Made by a program: the position numbers and the translations under genes. Below the pieces are notes generated by a model. It made no database searches. It saw only the letters and a list, made by a program, of their open reading frames with translations, and was not told where the DNA came from. A DNA stretch of 64,000 nt, from positions 46,562,498 through 46,626,497 of the forward strand of contig NC_083435.1 in the NCBI RefSeq assembly GCF_020745735.1, read 5' to 3'. How positions within the stretch are numbered: position 1 is the stretch's first letter; each line of letters begins with the position of its first letter. This document shows positions 21,218-35,695 of the stretch, one piece after another. This DNA comes from Hemiscyllium ocellatum (lineage: Eukaryota).

Positions 21218-23731
21218 AAACTATGAGTTATATTGCAAGTCATTGAGACCCCCGCAATGATTCTTGTTTTACTCCATTAGTTATATTGGGAATCACTGAG
21301 ATCCTAGCACTAAAGCCTGTGTCTCTCCATAAGTTACATTTTGAATCAGCACGCCCATAGCACTGTTCCGTCTCTCACTCCATTAGTAACATTGTAAATC
21401 ACTGAGAACCCAGCACTGATCACTGCATCACTCCATGCATTGTATCATAAATCACTGAGACGCGTGCATTGATCCCCATCTCAATCCATTGGCTATATTG
21501 TAAATCACTGTGCGTCCAGCACTGATCCCTCTCTCGCTCCAATAGTTACAATGTAATTTACTGAGAACCCAGTCCTGATTCCTGTCTCACTCCATTGTTA
21601 ACATTGTAAATCATTGGTACCCCACGATTGATACCTGCCTATTTCCATTAGTTGCAGTGCAAATTACTGAGACCCCAGCACTGATCCCTGTCTCACTCCA
21701 TTAGTTAGACTGTAAACCAATAAGATGCTAACACCGATCCTGCCTCGCTGCATTAGTTGCTTTCCAAATCACTGAGACCTCAGCAATATCCCTGCCTCAC
21801 CTCATTACATAAGTTGTATATCACTGAGACCCAGCACTGATACCTTTCTCACTACATTAGTTACACTGGGAATCACGGAGACCCCAGCATTGATCCTTGT
21901 CTCACTCCATTACTTCTCTTGCATATTACTGACTCTCCAACACAGATTCCTGTCTCATCTCTTTATTTACATTGTAAATCACAGATCACAGCACTGATCC
22001 CAGTCAAACTCGAGTAGATACACTGTAAACAATTAAGATGCCAGCACCAATCCCAGGCTTGCTCATATCATTACACGGATGCCCTGGCAATGATCCCTTT
22101 CTCAAAGTATGAGTTACATTGTAAGATATCGAGACTCCCACATTGATCCCTGTCTCAATCTTTGGTACCCAGGATGGATACCTGTCTCTCTCCATTATTA
22201 GCAGTGCAAATCACTGAGACCCCAACGTTGATTACTGTCACACTTCATTAGTTACACTGTAAACCATTGAGATGCCAATACCAAATCACTGAGAACTCAT
22301 CAATATCCATGTCTCACCTCATTACTTAACTCGTATATCACTGAGACCCCAGCAGTGATACCTATCTCAAATTATGAGTTAGATTGTAAGACACTGAGAC
22401 TCCCACACTGATTCCTGTCTCACTCTTTTATTTACATGATAAATCACTGAGACGCAACATTGATCTCTAATTCACTCCGTTAGTTACATCTTGAACCTTT
22501 GAGTTGACAACTCTGTTCTCTGTATCACCTCATTAGTTACATTGGAAATCCCTGACACCCCAGCACTGATCCCTGTCTCACTCCATTAGTTACGTTGTAA
22601 ATCACTGAGACCCCAGCACTGATTCCTGTCTCACTCCATTAGTTACATTGTAAATTACTGAGACCCCAGACATGATCCCTGTCTCACTCCATTAGTTACA
22701 TTGTAAATCACTGATCCCTGTCTCACTCCATTTAGTTACATTGTAAATCACGGAGACCCCAGCACTGACCCTTCTCTCACTCCATTAGTTGCATTGTAAA
22801 TCACTGAGACACCAGCACTGATCCCTCTCTCACTCCATTTAATTACATTGTAAATCACGGAGACCCCAGCACTGACACCTCTCTCACTCCATTAGTTACA
22901 TTGTAAATCACTGAGACCCCATCACTGATTCCTGTCTCACTCCATGAGTTACATTGTAAATCACTGAGACCCCAGCACTGATTCCTGTCTCACTCCATTA
23001 GTTACATTGTAAATCACCGAGACCCCAGCACTGATCCCTGTTTCACTCCATCAGTTACAGTGTAAATCACTGAGACCCCAGCACTGACCACTGTCTCAGT
23101 TCATTCGTTACTGTGTAAATCAGTGAGACCTCTGTACTAACGACTGTCTCACCCCAGTCGTTGCAGTTTAAATCAATGAAACCCAAGCGCTGATCCCTGA
23201 CTCAGTCCATTAATTACAATGCAAAACATTCAGACAACAGCACTGATTCAGGTCTCACCTCATTAGCTACATTATAAATAACTGATACTCCAGCTCTGAT
23301 CCCTGTCTCTCTCCATTATATACATTGTAAACCGCTGAGACACCAGCACTGATCCCTGTCTTACTCTATTTGTTGCACTATAAATCACTGGGACCATTGC
23401 ACTGCTCCCTGTGTCATTCCATTAGTTACATTGTAAATAACTGAGACACCAGCACTGACCCCTGTCTCATGCATTACTTAGAGCATAAATCACAGTACTA
23501 ATTCCCGTCTCACTGCGTGAGTTGCGTTGTAAATCAATGAGATCCCAGTACAGATTCCTGGCTCACGCCATTAGAGACATTGTACATCACTCAGACCCCA
23601 GCACTGATCCTTGTCTCACTCCATTAGATACATTATACATCACTGAGACCAGAGCACAGATCCCTGCCTCTCTGTATTCACTAAACAGTATATCACTGAG
23701 ACCCAGTACTGATCCCTGTCTCACTCCATTA
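21218..23731. repeat. 53-bp satellite array, unit B
   Basis: Same monomer; homogeneous core ~22550-23100. Confidence 0.95.
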
Positions 23732-23827
23732 ATTAACTTTTTGCATTTTGAGAGCTGCAACTCCACCTCTTCTGCAGTGTGAATTCTTTTCAAGGCATCA
23801 CTACCTATTGCCAGAGATCCCAGAGCA

Positions 23828-25142
23828 GTACATGTATTTGGAAAGGCAAGTACTGATTAGGAATACTCAACATGGCTTTGTGCGTGGGAAATCATGCCTC
23901 ATGAACTTGATTTTTTGACGAAACAACAAAGAAGATTGATGAGGGAAGAACAGTAGATCTGATCTATATGGACTTCAGTAGGGCATTCGACAAGGTTCCC
24001 CATGGGAGACTGATTAGCAAGGTTAGATCTCACGGAATACACGGAGAACTCGCCATTTGGATACAGAACTGGCTCAAAGGTAGAAGACAGAGGGTGGTGG
24101 TGGAAGGTTGTTTTTCAGACTGGAGGCCTGTGACCAGTGGAGTGCCACAAGGATCGGTGCTGGGTGCTCTACTTTTTGTCATTCACATAAATGATTTGGA
24201 TGCGTGCTACAGTTAGTAAGTTTGCAGATGACACCAAAATTGGAGGTGTAGTGGACAGTGAAGGGGGTTGCTGCAGATTACAACAAGATCTGGATCAGAT
24301 GGGCCAATGAGCTGAGAAGTCGCAGATGGAGTTTAATTCAGATAAATGCGAGGTGCTGCATTTTGGGCATTTTTACAGGACTTATACAATTAATGGCAAG
24401 GTCCTAGGGAGTGTTGGTGAACAAAGAGACCTTGGAGTGCAGGTTCATAGCTCCTTGAAAGTACAGTCGCAGGTAGATAGGATAGTGAATACGACAATTG
24501 GTATGCTTTCCTTTATTGGTCAGAGTATTGAGTACAGAAGTTGGGAGGTCATGTTATGGCTGTACAGGACATTGGTTAGGCCACTGTTGGAATATTGCAT
24601 GCAATTCTGGTCTCCTACATATCGGAAAGATGTTGTGAAACTTGAAAGGTTTAAGAAAATATTTACAAGGATGTTGCCAGGGTTGGAGGTTATGAGCTAC
24701 AGGGAGAGGCTGAACAGGCTGGGGCTGTTTTCCCTGGAGTGTCAGTGCCTGAGGTGTGACCTTATAGCGGTTTACGAAGTTATGAGAGGCATGGATAGGA
24801 TAAATAGACAAAGTCTTTTCCCTGGTGTCAGGGAGTCCAGAACTAGAGGGTACAGGTTTAGGGTGAGAGGGAAAGATATAAAAGAGATCTAAGGGGCAAC
24901 TTTTTCACGCAGAGGATGATACGTGTATGGAATGAGCTGCCAGAGGCTGTGGTAGAGGCTAGTACAATTGCAATATTTAAGAGACATTTGGATGGATATA
25001 TGAATAGAAAGGGTTTGGAGGGATATGGGCCGCGTGCTGGCAGGTGGGACTAGACTGGGTTGGGATATCTGGTCAGCATGGACAGGTTGGATCATAGCGT
25101 CTGTTTCCATGCTGTACATCTCTATGACTCTATGACACTATG
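23828..25142 (+). mobile_element. 5'-truncated CR1 LINE specific to unit B
   Basis: [35 protein letters not shown]; (TCTATGAC)n tail. Confidence 0.92.
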
Positions 25143-26925
25143 TCTCTCCACAGTAACTATTCGTATTGGAAATCTTTATTTTATGATTTTACCCATCTCC
25201 GGTAATTGCACACTAAGGCAGCCTTGCTGATTCTAAGGGATCACCGTTATAATCCTAAGTCCTCTTTTACCTTTAACATACTTGCAGAATCTCTTTGCAT
25301 TCTCCTTTTCTCCATCTGACAAGCTATCTTATGTTCTATTTTTGCTTTTCTGATTCCCTCTAAGTGGACTTCAACATCCCCAAAGACTACTTGGTATTTT
25401 CAGTTGACCCTGTCCATAGTTACCTGACATATGCCTCCTCCTTTTTCTTGACTACTGCCTAACTATCTCTAGCCAATCCGTATCCCCTACTTTGCTAACT
25501 TTGCTCTCCAAACTAACAGGTGCACAAAGTGTCTGAAGTCTCGTTATATGGCATTTTAAAGACAACCACTTTTCAGACAACCCTTTAACTTCGAACTGCC
25601 TGACCCAATCAGAACTCGAATGTTGCTGTCTGGTATCATCAAAATTAGTGTTGTTCCAATTTAGTACTTTAACATGTGGTTCAGGACTATCCTTTTCCAG
25701 AACTATGTTAATACTGAGAAAATTATTGTCACTTTTCCCAGACTTTTCCCCACTCACAACTCAGTTAATTGCCCTGCTTTGTTACCAAAGAGAACATTGA
25801 TTTTTTGCTCCTTCTTTGGTAGGGCCACCTGAGTTTTGATTGAGATTTTTTTTATTATAGACGTAACAAATTCCTCCCCATCGAAGGCCTTAATAGTATT
25901 GCAGTCCCGGTCTATGTTTGGAATGATAACATCTCTCACAATTCCAACTTTGTTACTCCAACACTATCTGCCTCCCGATTTGCTCAATTTCCTATTGGCT
26001 ATTTGCAGGCTGAGAATACAATCCCATCAAAGTGATCACGCCCTTCTTATTTCTCGATTCCGCCCATATAGCTTCACTGGACGGTCTCATTTGAATCTCA
26101 TCTCGAACTACTGCCATAATATGTTCCCAAGTCAAAAACGCAATTCGCCCTCCTCTCTTAGTCACAGAGTGATAGATATATACAGCACAGAAACTGACCC
26201 TTTGGTCCAACTTGTCCAGGCCGAGTATATATCCTAACCTAGTCTACTCCCATTTGCCAACACTTGGCCCACTTCCCGCCCAACCCTTTTTATTCATTTA
26301 CCCATCCAGATGTCTTTTAAATGTTGTAATTGTACCAGCCTCCACTACTTCCTCTGGCAGCAATTTCCGTGCAGCACCGCCTTCTGTGTGAAAAATTGTA
26401 CTTAGATCCCGTTTATACACTTCGCCTGGCAACCTTTACTGATGCCGTCTAGTTCTAGACTCATACACCCCAGTGAAAAGACTTTTTCTCTCCATACCCC
26501 TGATGATTGTATAAACCTCTGTTACCATTCAGCCTCTGACGCTCCAGGAAAAACAACCCCAGCCTATCCAGCCTCTCCCTGTAGCTCAAAACCATCTGCA
26601 GTCATTATTTTTACCTGCTCAAAACTTCCACGCCTGGCACAAGCTTTCAAATCTTTTCTGAACCCTTTCAAGGTTCACAACTTCCTTCCGATAGGAAGGA
26701 GACCAGAATTTCACGCTATATTCCAAACGCTGCCAAAACGCAACGTGTCATCCCAATACTACACTCAATGCTTTGAGTAAGACTGAAAAACATACTAAAC
26801 GCCTTCTTCACTATTCTATATACCTGCAACACTCCTTTCACGGAACTATGAATCTGCACTCCAAGGTCTCTTTGTTCAGCAACTCTCCGTCGGATTTTAC
26901 CATTAGGAGTATGAGTCCTGCTGGG
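25142..26925 (-). mobile_element. Old CR1 relic plus CR1 3' fragment (unit B copy)
   Basis: Paralogous to 3342-4495; tail of the younger piece at ~26160. Confidence 0.75.
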
Positions 26926-29294
26926 ATTTAGTTTTCTTGTTCCCGGAACATTACGCTACTTGCATTGCTCTTCTCTCTGCAATGCTTTTGCAATAGCTGT
27001 GATTTTCCTTTTCCGTTCTCCCACTGACATCATCTGCACGATCTGTCATACCTCTTGCATTCCAATGAATGCAGTCTAGTTCATCATATTCCTGATTCCT
27101 GGCTGTGCTGTTGCCTGTCTTAAGTGTCTGTACCCTCTGTACCAACCACAAGCTTCTATCTTGTATTACTACTGTTTTGGCTGTCCGCACAAACAGTATT
27201 GATAACGGTATGTTTGTTTGGGGGGCGGGGGGGGGGGGGGGGGGGGGGGGGGGGAAGTCCACAGGAGAATGTTGTATGATCTGGTTTTCTCTCCCAGCGC
27301 TCACCTGGTCATCCAGACTGATTCCAGGAATGGCAGGACTACATATGAAGACAGACTGGATAAACTGCAGATCTCACAGCGACATACCAAATCGCAATGG
27401 AACAGGACAGGCTAGATGCAGCATGTTGGGGAACCCCAAAACTCAGAGTCACAATCGATGAATAAGGGCTACCCATTCCAGACTGAGATGAGGAAGAACT
27501 CCATCATTGCGAGATTTGTGAACCTGTGATTTCTCTCACACAGGAAACAATTGGGGCCGATGTATTACTCATTTTATTGAGGAAGGTGGGCGTGACCTTG
27601 CAGCTAATGTGATCAATGAAGGTGGAGAGAAAGCAGTATGTGGTTACTGTGATTGGAGAAAGTGAAGGCTGAGAAGCCGGAGAATCAGAGCCCAAAAGGG
27701 TGCATCTGAAAAAATGCAACAGGTCAGGCAGCAACCGAGGAGCAGGAGAGTCGATATTGCCAGCATAAGCCCTTCGTCAGGAATTTCCTGTGCCGACCAA
27801 GCATCTCATCTGACTGAGTCCAATTTGATAGCATGTCCCCATATCCCTCCACACCTGTACTATGAATTTCCCTTCATCTTCCAGCTCATTCCGATATGCA
27901 GTACACACGTTATGCAGAATTTATCTCTCACACATTTTACAAATCTTTCCCCGTCACCTTAAATCTATGCCCTCTATCTTTGGACTCCTTGACTATTCAC
28001 TTTATCCACATCCTTCATGAATTTATAAGCATCTATCACGCCCATTTAATACATATCATCGATGATGAAAACCCTGATTAGGTTGGTGTCCTTGATTTGT
28101 GAGCTGATCTCTCAGAACGAGTACACTCCAAGTTGTATTTGAAGGCTGATGCTTGAAAAAAAAATATGGGACACGGGAGATAAAGTTTTTTTTTAATACA
28201 CTGCATCAGAGCCTAGATGAACCACCAATGGATCAGTTTTGGTTCCATAATCAAAGGAAGGGCAGGTTTGCTCCAGAGGATGTGAGTGGTTTTCCATGAG
28301 AAAATGGGCGGACATATGTTTCTTGAAGTTTCGAAGAATTAAATGAGACTTAGACTAATTGGAAATGGAAGTTCATCAGGCATTGGGCAGGGTTGAATCT
28401 AAGAGAGCATTTCCCTCAGCTGGGAAGTTTAGAGAATTGCATCAAAACCTCATAATAAGTCAATAATATATCAGTAAGTTAGCATGAGAAGAAATTTTCC
28501 AACAGTAGTTGTGTATCTTGGATTTCTCTATAACGATGAGCTGTGTATGTTCAAGACAGAACATACTTGTATCCACAAAGAAAATTATACATTTTTGTGG
28601 AAAGTGCAGATGAGTGAACTTCAGGTAAATCAGGTTTTGTTAAATGCTGTAGCAGGATTTGAGTACTGATGGTGTTCACTGGAACCCAGAGGTCAGAGCA
28701 TCAAATGCTGTTGACGTGCTTCAAATACCAACATGGATCAGCACATTACTCCATGCAAAGAAACAGCCATCATTCTGTAATATCCTTCTGCATGGCAAGT
28801 GATCACGTGTCAGACTTTTACAATCCACGGTAATAGCAAGAATTTGATTCTATTACTGAAACTTCAGAATCGTTTCGAAACTTGTTTTGGAACTACCTCC
28901 ACTTCCATTCTTCTGTAAAGTAATGATAAGCTAACAATAAGTTTGATATTCTAATTGCTGCATTTGTTTTCCTAATTTTGGGAAAGAAAGGTTGTCTCGT
29001 GATTTGAGAACTATCTTGAGAGTAATGAAATTATGCCGTGAAAACCAATTTCCAGTCTTTGATACAGCAGTATTTAGCGATACAACCTTACTGCATTGTA
29101 CATTGATGGTAGAAATATACAAATGAATGCGTTACGCAGATCTGGTATTTATGCCTACAGATTGTTTGTTGCTGAGTCACTGATATGTTCCAATTTCGTG
29201 AACATTCAATGAAAACCTGAAGAAATTAAATTTGCAGAGTTATTGGGTGAAATATGGTAATGGTTCTGAATGACTTACTTGAGTATGGACAGTA

Positions 29295-29600
29295 CAGCAG
29301 GGCGGGTTAGTGGTTAGCACTGCTGCCTCACAGCGCCGGGAACCCGGGTCGGATTCCAGCCTCGGGCGACTGCCTGCGTCGAGTTTGCACGTTTTCCCTG
29401 TGTCTACGTGGGTTTCCTCCCACAATCCAAAGATGTGTAGGTTAGGTGAATTGGCCATGATAAATTGTCCATAGTGTTCAGAGATGTGCAGGTTCGTGCA
29501 TTAGTCAGGGGTAAATGTAGAGTAGTAGGGTAGGCGAATGGGTTTGGGTGGGGTAGTCTTGTTAGGCTGAAGTGCCTGTTTCCACACGGTTGGGGTTCTC
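29295..29600 (+). mobile_element. SINE (ancestral to the units)
   Basis: GTGGTTAGCACTGCTGCCTCACAGCGCC head, central domain and tail. Confidence 0.85.
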
Positions 29601-30580
29601 TGAACCTCCAAGAAGTCTCTGGATGGTGCACTCCCAGTGATTCTGTGAAACTACAACATGCTTTTTGGAAGTTTTCATCTTGAACAATGAATAAAGTGGT
29701 GACAGCGAGCAGCATGGGACGTCACCAGGCTTTGCTTTTGATGGCCTTATCTTCCAATTAAAGATTTAAACACCTGTTCCAAATCAGAGCCATTAAATCT
29801 GTCATTTTCATATCTAACATTTTTGGAACATCCAGAATACTTTCCCACTTTGTTACCAAATACTGTCCTTTCTGCCCATTCAATTTGGAAGAGAATATTA
29901 AAATAAGAATTAAAAACCACGCATATGGTGCTAAAATATCAAAATTCATCTGTATGCATCAATAGACCGTGAGGTCTGTACTGTTAATATTGTCACTTAT
30001 ACAGGAAATAAGCAGCAGCTCAAATTGCCAGTGAGCATCCTGTAAAATAACAGTAAAATGCCAATTAAATGACACCTTAACTCATTAAGCCAGTTTTGAA
30101 TGTAAAATAAGTATTCTTCAGATGTTTAAAAACAAAATATCTCTATTTAGCTGAAATGCTGATCATCTGCATGTATCTGGTTATGTCACTTGAACATAGC
30201 TTGATTACGTATACCTCATTTACGACATCCACCAATATAGTTTTAAGTTATAAATTACATGTATTGGAAGAAATAAATCAAGTGTAAGAAATAAATGCAC
30301 TGAAAAAAACACATTTTGTGTTTTGTATACATGGCGCCCACAAAATGGAATTCAGCGGCCTTGTGTTGTCAATTTTGAACGGTGATGTAGAATTATTTTG
30401 CTTGAAATGCTCGATAACGATAATAGTTTGCTTTCCTTATTATTTTAACATGTAACATCATTGCATGTTATTCCCAACAGGCAGCACTAATTATGATTTC
30501 CAATAACTTATGTGTTTATCTGCCTGCAATTAACTCAATTATTTTGTTTTTCTCAATGTCACTTGAGGCTTTCCCACTGC

Positions 30581-30587
30581 TATAAAT
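30581..30587 (+). promoter_or_regulatory. TATA box of GPCR gene 2
   Basis: TATAAAT 72 nt before ATG 30653. Confidence 0.7.
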
Positions 30588-30652
30588 GAGACAGGTATTT
30601 TCAAGTTAGAAAGGCTGCCTGCACAGAAAAACAATATCGCCTCAATCTGAGT

Positions 30653-30722
30653 ATGACTCCACCAGTGATTATACAAATAGAAAACATTTACTATCCCATC
30701 CTCGCAATCGTTGGTATTCCTG
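30653..30722 (+). CDS. GPR139/GPR142-like GPCR gene 2, coding exon 1 (joins 34791-35695, 324 aa total)
   Basis: ATG...CCTG|GTAAG; same peptide as gene 1 exon 1. Confidence 0.92.
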
Positions 30723-30919
30723 GTAAGAACCAGTTACTGTGTGAATTCGTCTAATCTGTTCATATTCATGAAGACTATTCTCCCTGTCTGACACGACTTT
30801 CTCTTGGGCTAATGATTCGACTTTCAATTCAACTGTGGTTGAAACACAGACTGTAATTTATCCTTCATTATTTCCAAAGTTAGGTCCAATGTCTGTAGAT
30901 TCTCACACTGTATTAATTT

Positions 30920-32800
30920 CAACAGCGGGAGTCCAGAGGGCACCTGGAAGGTAAATTTCAATATAAAATGTTTACCTAGTATATCATTTGAGCCCAGGTT
31001 GAATTGGAGCTAACGATATCAAGGGACTACTGGGTAAGTGAACTAATATACTCGGGCAGTGGCTAAACCCAAAACATTGTACGTGTCGTGTCTCCCACTC
31101 CTCATCCTCCTCTCACCATAAAAAGGAAGACTGTGTGGAGAGTTGTTCGGGTAAGGATTTTTTTGAAAAAAAATCAGTTTTGTCCATTGAGAGCTGACGG
31201 AATGGAAGCATGGACAGTCGCTTTGCAGGATATAGGAGGTAAGGAACATCACTCGTGTCTCTGCTGACTTCCTTTGCGAGAAAATGCACCAAACTCTAGC
31301 TCTTCACAGACTACGTTAAGGATCTGAAGCAGGAGCTGGATGAACTTCGGATCATTTTGGAGTCTGAGGGGATGATAGATAAAAGTTACAGGGAGGTGGA
31401 GAGGCCGAAGTTACAGAATAACGGTAGCTGGGTGAACGCAGGAGTGGAAAAGGGAGTAGGCAGTTAGTGCAAGGATACCCCTTCATCTCAATAAGAAGTA
31501 TAACGCTCTGGATGCTGTTGGGATTGGAGGGCGAACTACGAGGGAAAATTCACAGTAACCAGGTCTCTGCCACTGAGCCTGGCTTTGTGGTACAGAAGGA
31601 CAATGAGAGAGTGACCGTGATTGGCGGTTCAATGGTTACAGAAAAAGACAAGTGATTGTGTGGTCATGAACGAGCCTCCCGAATAGTATGTTGCCTTCTG
31701 GGTGTCAGGGATATCTCAGATCGAGTCTCCAGGATTCTTAAAGGGGAGGGTGAGCATCGGTACTAATGACACATCTCGGAAAAGAAATGAGACCCTGAAA
31801 TGTTAAATGCTGGAATGCAGGGGGAGCAGTGTAGTAATCTCAGGATTGCTACCTGTGGCACAGGGCTAGTGAAGAGAGGAGCAGGAATCGAGTGCAGCTG
31901 AACACTTGTCTGCTGGGCTGGTGTAGGAGGGAGGACTTTGGATATGTGGAAATCATTGGGATACTTTCTGGAGATTGGTTGGTAAGTTTGCCAATGAGGT
32001 GAAGATAGGTGGAGTTGTGGATTGCGTTGAGGCTGGTGTACGTTTAAACAGGATATTAACAGGATGCAGAGCTGGGCTGATAAGTGGAAGATGGATTTCA
32101 ACCCGGAAAATGTGAAGTAATTCATTTTGGAAGTTCGCGTTAGAATGCAGATTACACTTAAAGACAGAAGTTTTGGCAGAGTGGAGGAACAGAGGGATCT
32201 TGGGACCACGCTCATAGATCCATGGAAGTTGCCATCCAGGTTGATAGGGTTGTTAAGTAAACGCATGGTGTGTCATCTTTCATGAGCCGGAGGTTGAGTT
32301 TAAGTGTTGCAAAGATATGTTGCAGGAGTATAAAGCCCTGAATAGACCACACTTGGAATATTGTGTTAAGCTCTTTTCACCTCATTATAAGAAGTATGTG
32401 GAAGCTTTAGATATCGTACAGAGGAGATTTACCAGGTTGCTGCCTGGACCAGATGGCAGGTCTTATACAGAAAGATTTAGGCAGCTCGTATTTTTCACGG
32501 AGTGACAAAGCATGGGAAGTAATTTGATGGAGCTGAAAGATATGATGAGAGACATAGATAGAGTAGATAGCCTAAAACATTTCCTCAGGGCTGAAATGCC
32601 TGTCACGAGGGTCCATAATTTTAAGGTAATTGGTGGAAGGTTTAGGGGAGATTTCAAAGGTAGTTTTGTTTGCACTGGGAATGGTGGGTGCATAGAAACC
32701 ATTGTGAGCCCTGGTAGCAGATTTAGATACATTATGGAAAAGTAAGAGCATCTTGGATAGGCACATGGATGTTAGTAAAATAAAGGGTATATGGGTTATT
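30920..32800 (+). mobile_element. Degraded CR1 (ORF1 part joined to RT 3' part) in intron of gene 2
   Basis: ORF1 remnants paralogous to 8900-9610; RT remnants RPHLEYCV and VQRRFTRLLPG. Confidence 0.8.
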
Positions 32801-32821
32801 TTCATATCAGAGTAGCAGAAA

Positions 32822-33125
32822 AGGGCGGCATAGTGGCTCAGTAGTTTGGACTGGTGCCTCACAGCATCAGGATCCCAGGTTTGATTCCAGCACCTGGCGA
32901 CTGTCTGTGTGGTTTTACACATTCCCCCATTATGTGCGTGACTTTCCTCTGGGTGCTTCCTCCCACAATCCAAAAGATATGTAAGTTATGTGAATTGGCC
33001 ACAGTATTCAGGGATGAGTAGGTTAAGTGCATTAGTCAGGGATAAATATAAGAGTAGGGGAAGAGGTCTGAGTGGGTTGCTCTTCGGAGGGTTTGGGCTG
33101 TTTCCACACTTAGAGATTCTATGAT
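32822..33125 (+). mobile_element. SINE in intron of gene 2
   Basis: GGGCGGCATAGTGGCTCAGT head, central domain, CTGTTTCCACACT tail. Confidence 0.85.
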
Positions 33126-34790
33126 GAACATTGAAAGCCTGAGGACCTGCAACGTTCTCTACTATTCTATGTTCCACAACTAATTAAGAAATACAGTTTA
33201 CACTGTCAACAAATTTTCCAAGCTTTAGTGTTGATGCATGATGCATGATGCATGAAGTATTTCAGATATTATTTTCTGCGATAATTTTACAGAACAGAAA
33301 ATGTAGTTATATATCAACTTAATTCTGGGCAAGAACCAATTGTAATACACAGCTTACTTGAAGGTGCAATGCATAACAATGTGTATCCCTACATATAATC
33401 ATATGGAATCCAATTCAACACTTTATTGTTTCATATCAAATAATAATTATTATTTAATGTGACACTTCCGTGATAACTCTGTTAACATAGGTAACTTCCA
33501 AGAAAAGTGGAGGAATTCTAGAGCAATTTTTTAACGTGGGCTACCAGCACATGACCCAACGCCAATCAATGGAAAGAAATTTGAAGGATAACGTTAATTG
33601 TGCTGTGCACATTTTTATAAATTAAACTGCAATAGTTTAAACATGTAGGTCGTAAGGTAGCTCAAATAGTTATATCTGAAGTGTCAGGAAAATCTATCCT
33701 CTTCTTCTGTACATGAACAAGTGTTGAAAACTTAACATTTAGTTGTCCATCTAACGAGCAATACAGAATGTCATGCTTTAATGAAGATGTTGCACCGCAT
33801 GCAAGTTAAAATATTTGTATTTGAGCAACACCGATAATGATAAATATGATGAATAATTGTTGTATCTTAAGAGTCTCTTGGTTTCAGTCAAGGTCCATTT
33901 TTGTATTGACGTGTAAGGGTCACGTGGAACACTCGAGTTGGCCTCAGATGAAATCAATCCTGAACTTGTAATTAGTTTATTTTTGCAAACTAAATTATAG
34001 CTGAGAAAATGTGTTAGCCCCGCGTGTTAACATTAGATACTTGCTTGTCAAGTAACCTTCATGCCGCACAGGTGACGGATGACAGCCAAATACAAGAAAA
34101 AAATGATTGTAGCGCTTGTTTTCATTCTCCTTTCCATAACTAAATATCATGCTATCCCCAAACTGGGGGGTGCCATTGACAAGGGCACAAACTAGATCAT
34201 CCACATACGTCCTCGTGTTATCTGAATTTCCCTTAGGTTAATCATTATGTGGCTACATTCCACGTTTTGGTTTCTGTATGACTATAGTATAGCATCATCT
34301 ACAATGCACCTTAGTAATTTTAAATCACTATATTTTGTGTGTGCCCAATATTCCATCATCAGCATGCATAAACTTCCAACTAATAAAATAATTGTTAGCA
34401 ATGTATGCTATCGACAAGAAATGCAGCAACAAAACAATATGCATTTTTCAACAGAATCTGACTGCCTTTCAGTAACTACCACATAGTTTAATATGTATAA
34501 CAGGTCCATAAAACATTAAGTACCTGCAAGAAATTCTCTCAATAACACAACATCCTAATTTTGACTTCTGTCATCTTCTGGCATGCTCTTTCCATTAAAG
34601 CAACATCCGTCTTCTCAATAACAGCTCTGGGTGTTCACCACAAAGGTGGTGATAGCAATTAATGAAGAGAGATCATTGTTATTTTGTCAAGACTATTCAT
34701 GAGTTATTTAATGAATACTGCCATTTCTGTCAGGATTGGTAATCTTTCTGAGGAAGTGCACATTATAATTTTCTTCCATCTTTTCCACAG

Positions 34791-35695
34791 CTAACTTGGT
34801 GACAGTCTTCATTCTCTTACGTGGGCGGTGTGGCCTCTCAAAATGTATCACCCATTACCTGTTGGCTATGGCAGTTGCTGATTTAATGGTTATACTATTC
34901 GATGTGATTCTGTATGAAATTAATGATGCTTATTTTTCACATTCATTCCTGAACTATACTCCTGTTTGTAGTCTCAATCTTGTCTTGTTATTTGTTTCAA
35001 TTGATTTATCAGTCTGGTTTACTGTAGCTTTCACCTTTGATCGATTCATTGCAATTTGTCATCAAACATTAAGAATTAAGTATTGCACTGAGCAATGTTG
35101 TACAGTGGTATTATCAGTGATCTGTTTATGTGGCATCTTGCAAAATGTTCCAACTTACTTTATTTATGAACCTCGGGAAATAATTGACAACATACCATGG
35201 TCATGTTATACGAAACCAAGCTTCTACACCTTAACTGTGTTCATAGTGCATTTTTGGCTGGATACCATATTAACCCCATTTTTACCATTTGTTTTAATCC
35301 TACTGTTTAATGTGTTGACTATCAGACATATTTTAATTGCCAATCGAATAAGAAGTGGACTACGAAGTAGCAAATGCTTTGAAAATCATTCTGATCCAGA
35401 GGTAAAGGTCAGAAGGAAATCCATTATATTACTGTTAGTGATATCAGGCACTTTCATACTGTTATGGATGGTAAATTTTATATATTTTATCAGTGTTCAT
35501 TTCATAAGCACACAATTTTTAGAAGCTAATTATGATGACCCTGCCACTATTGCAGAGCAATCTGGATATATGCTCAGATGTTTGAGTTCTTGTACAAACA
35601 CATTTATTTATGCAGCTTCCCAGAAACATTTTAGAGATGAACTAGTGAATATTGTTAGATATCCCTTTGATTTCATCTTTGGCTCAGTAAAATGA
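34791..35695 (+). CDS. GPR139/GPR142-like GPCR gene 2, coding exon 2 (13 aa shorter C-tail)
   Basis: TTTTCCACAG acceptor; intact 7TM; TGA where paralogues have TGC. Confidence 0.93.

Noticed and set aside
23587-23793. Protein-coding ORF with repeated NGVRQGSVLG
   Set aside because: It is a translation of satellite monomers; the 53-nt period shifts frame and the consensus contains a stop. Useful only as evidence of LINE origin
35693-35695. TGA at a conserved Cys as selenocysteine or programmed readthrough
   Set aside because: No SECIS is recognisable, the context TGA-TTA is not the TGA-CTAG readthrough motif, and the downstream codons have diverged quickly
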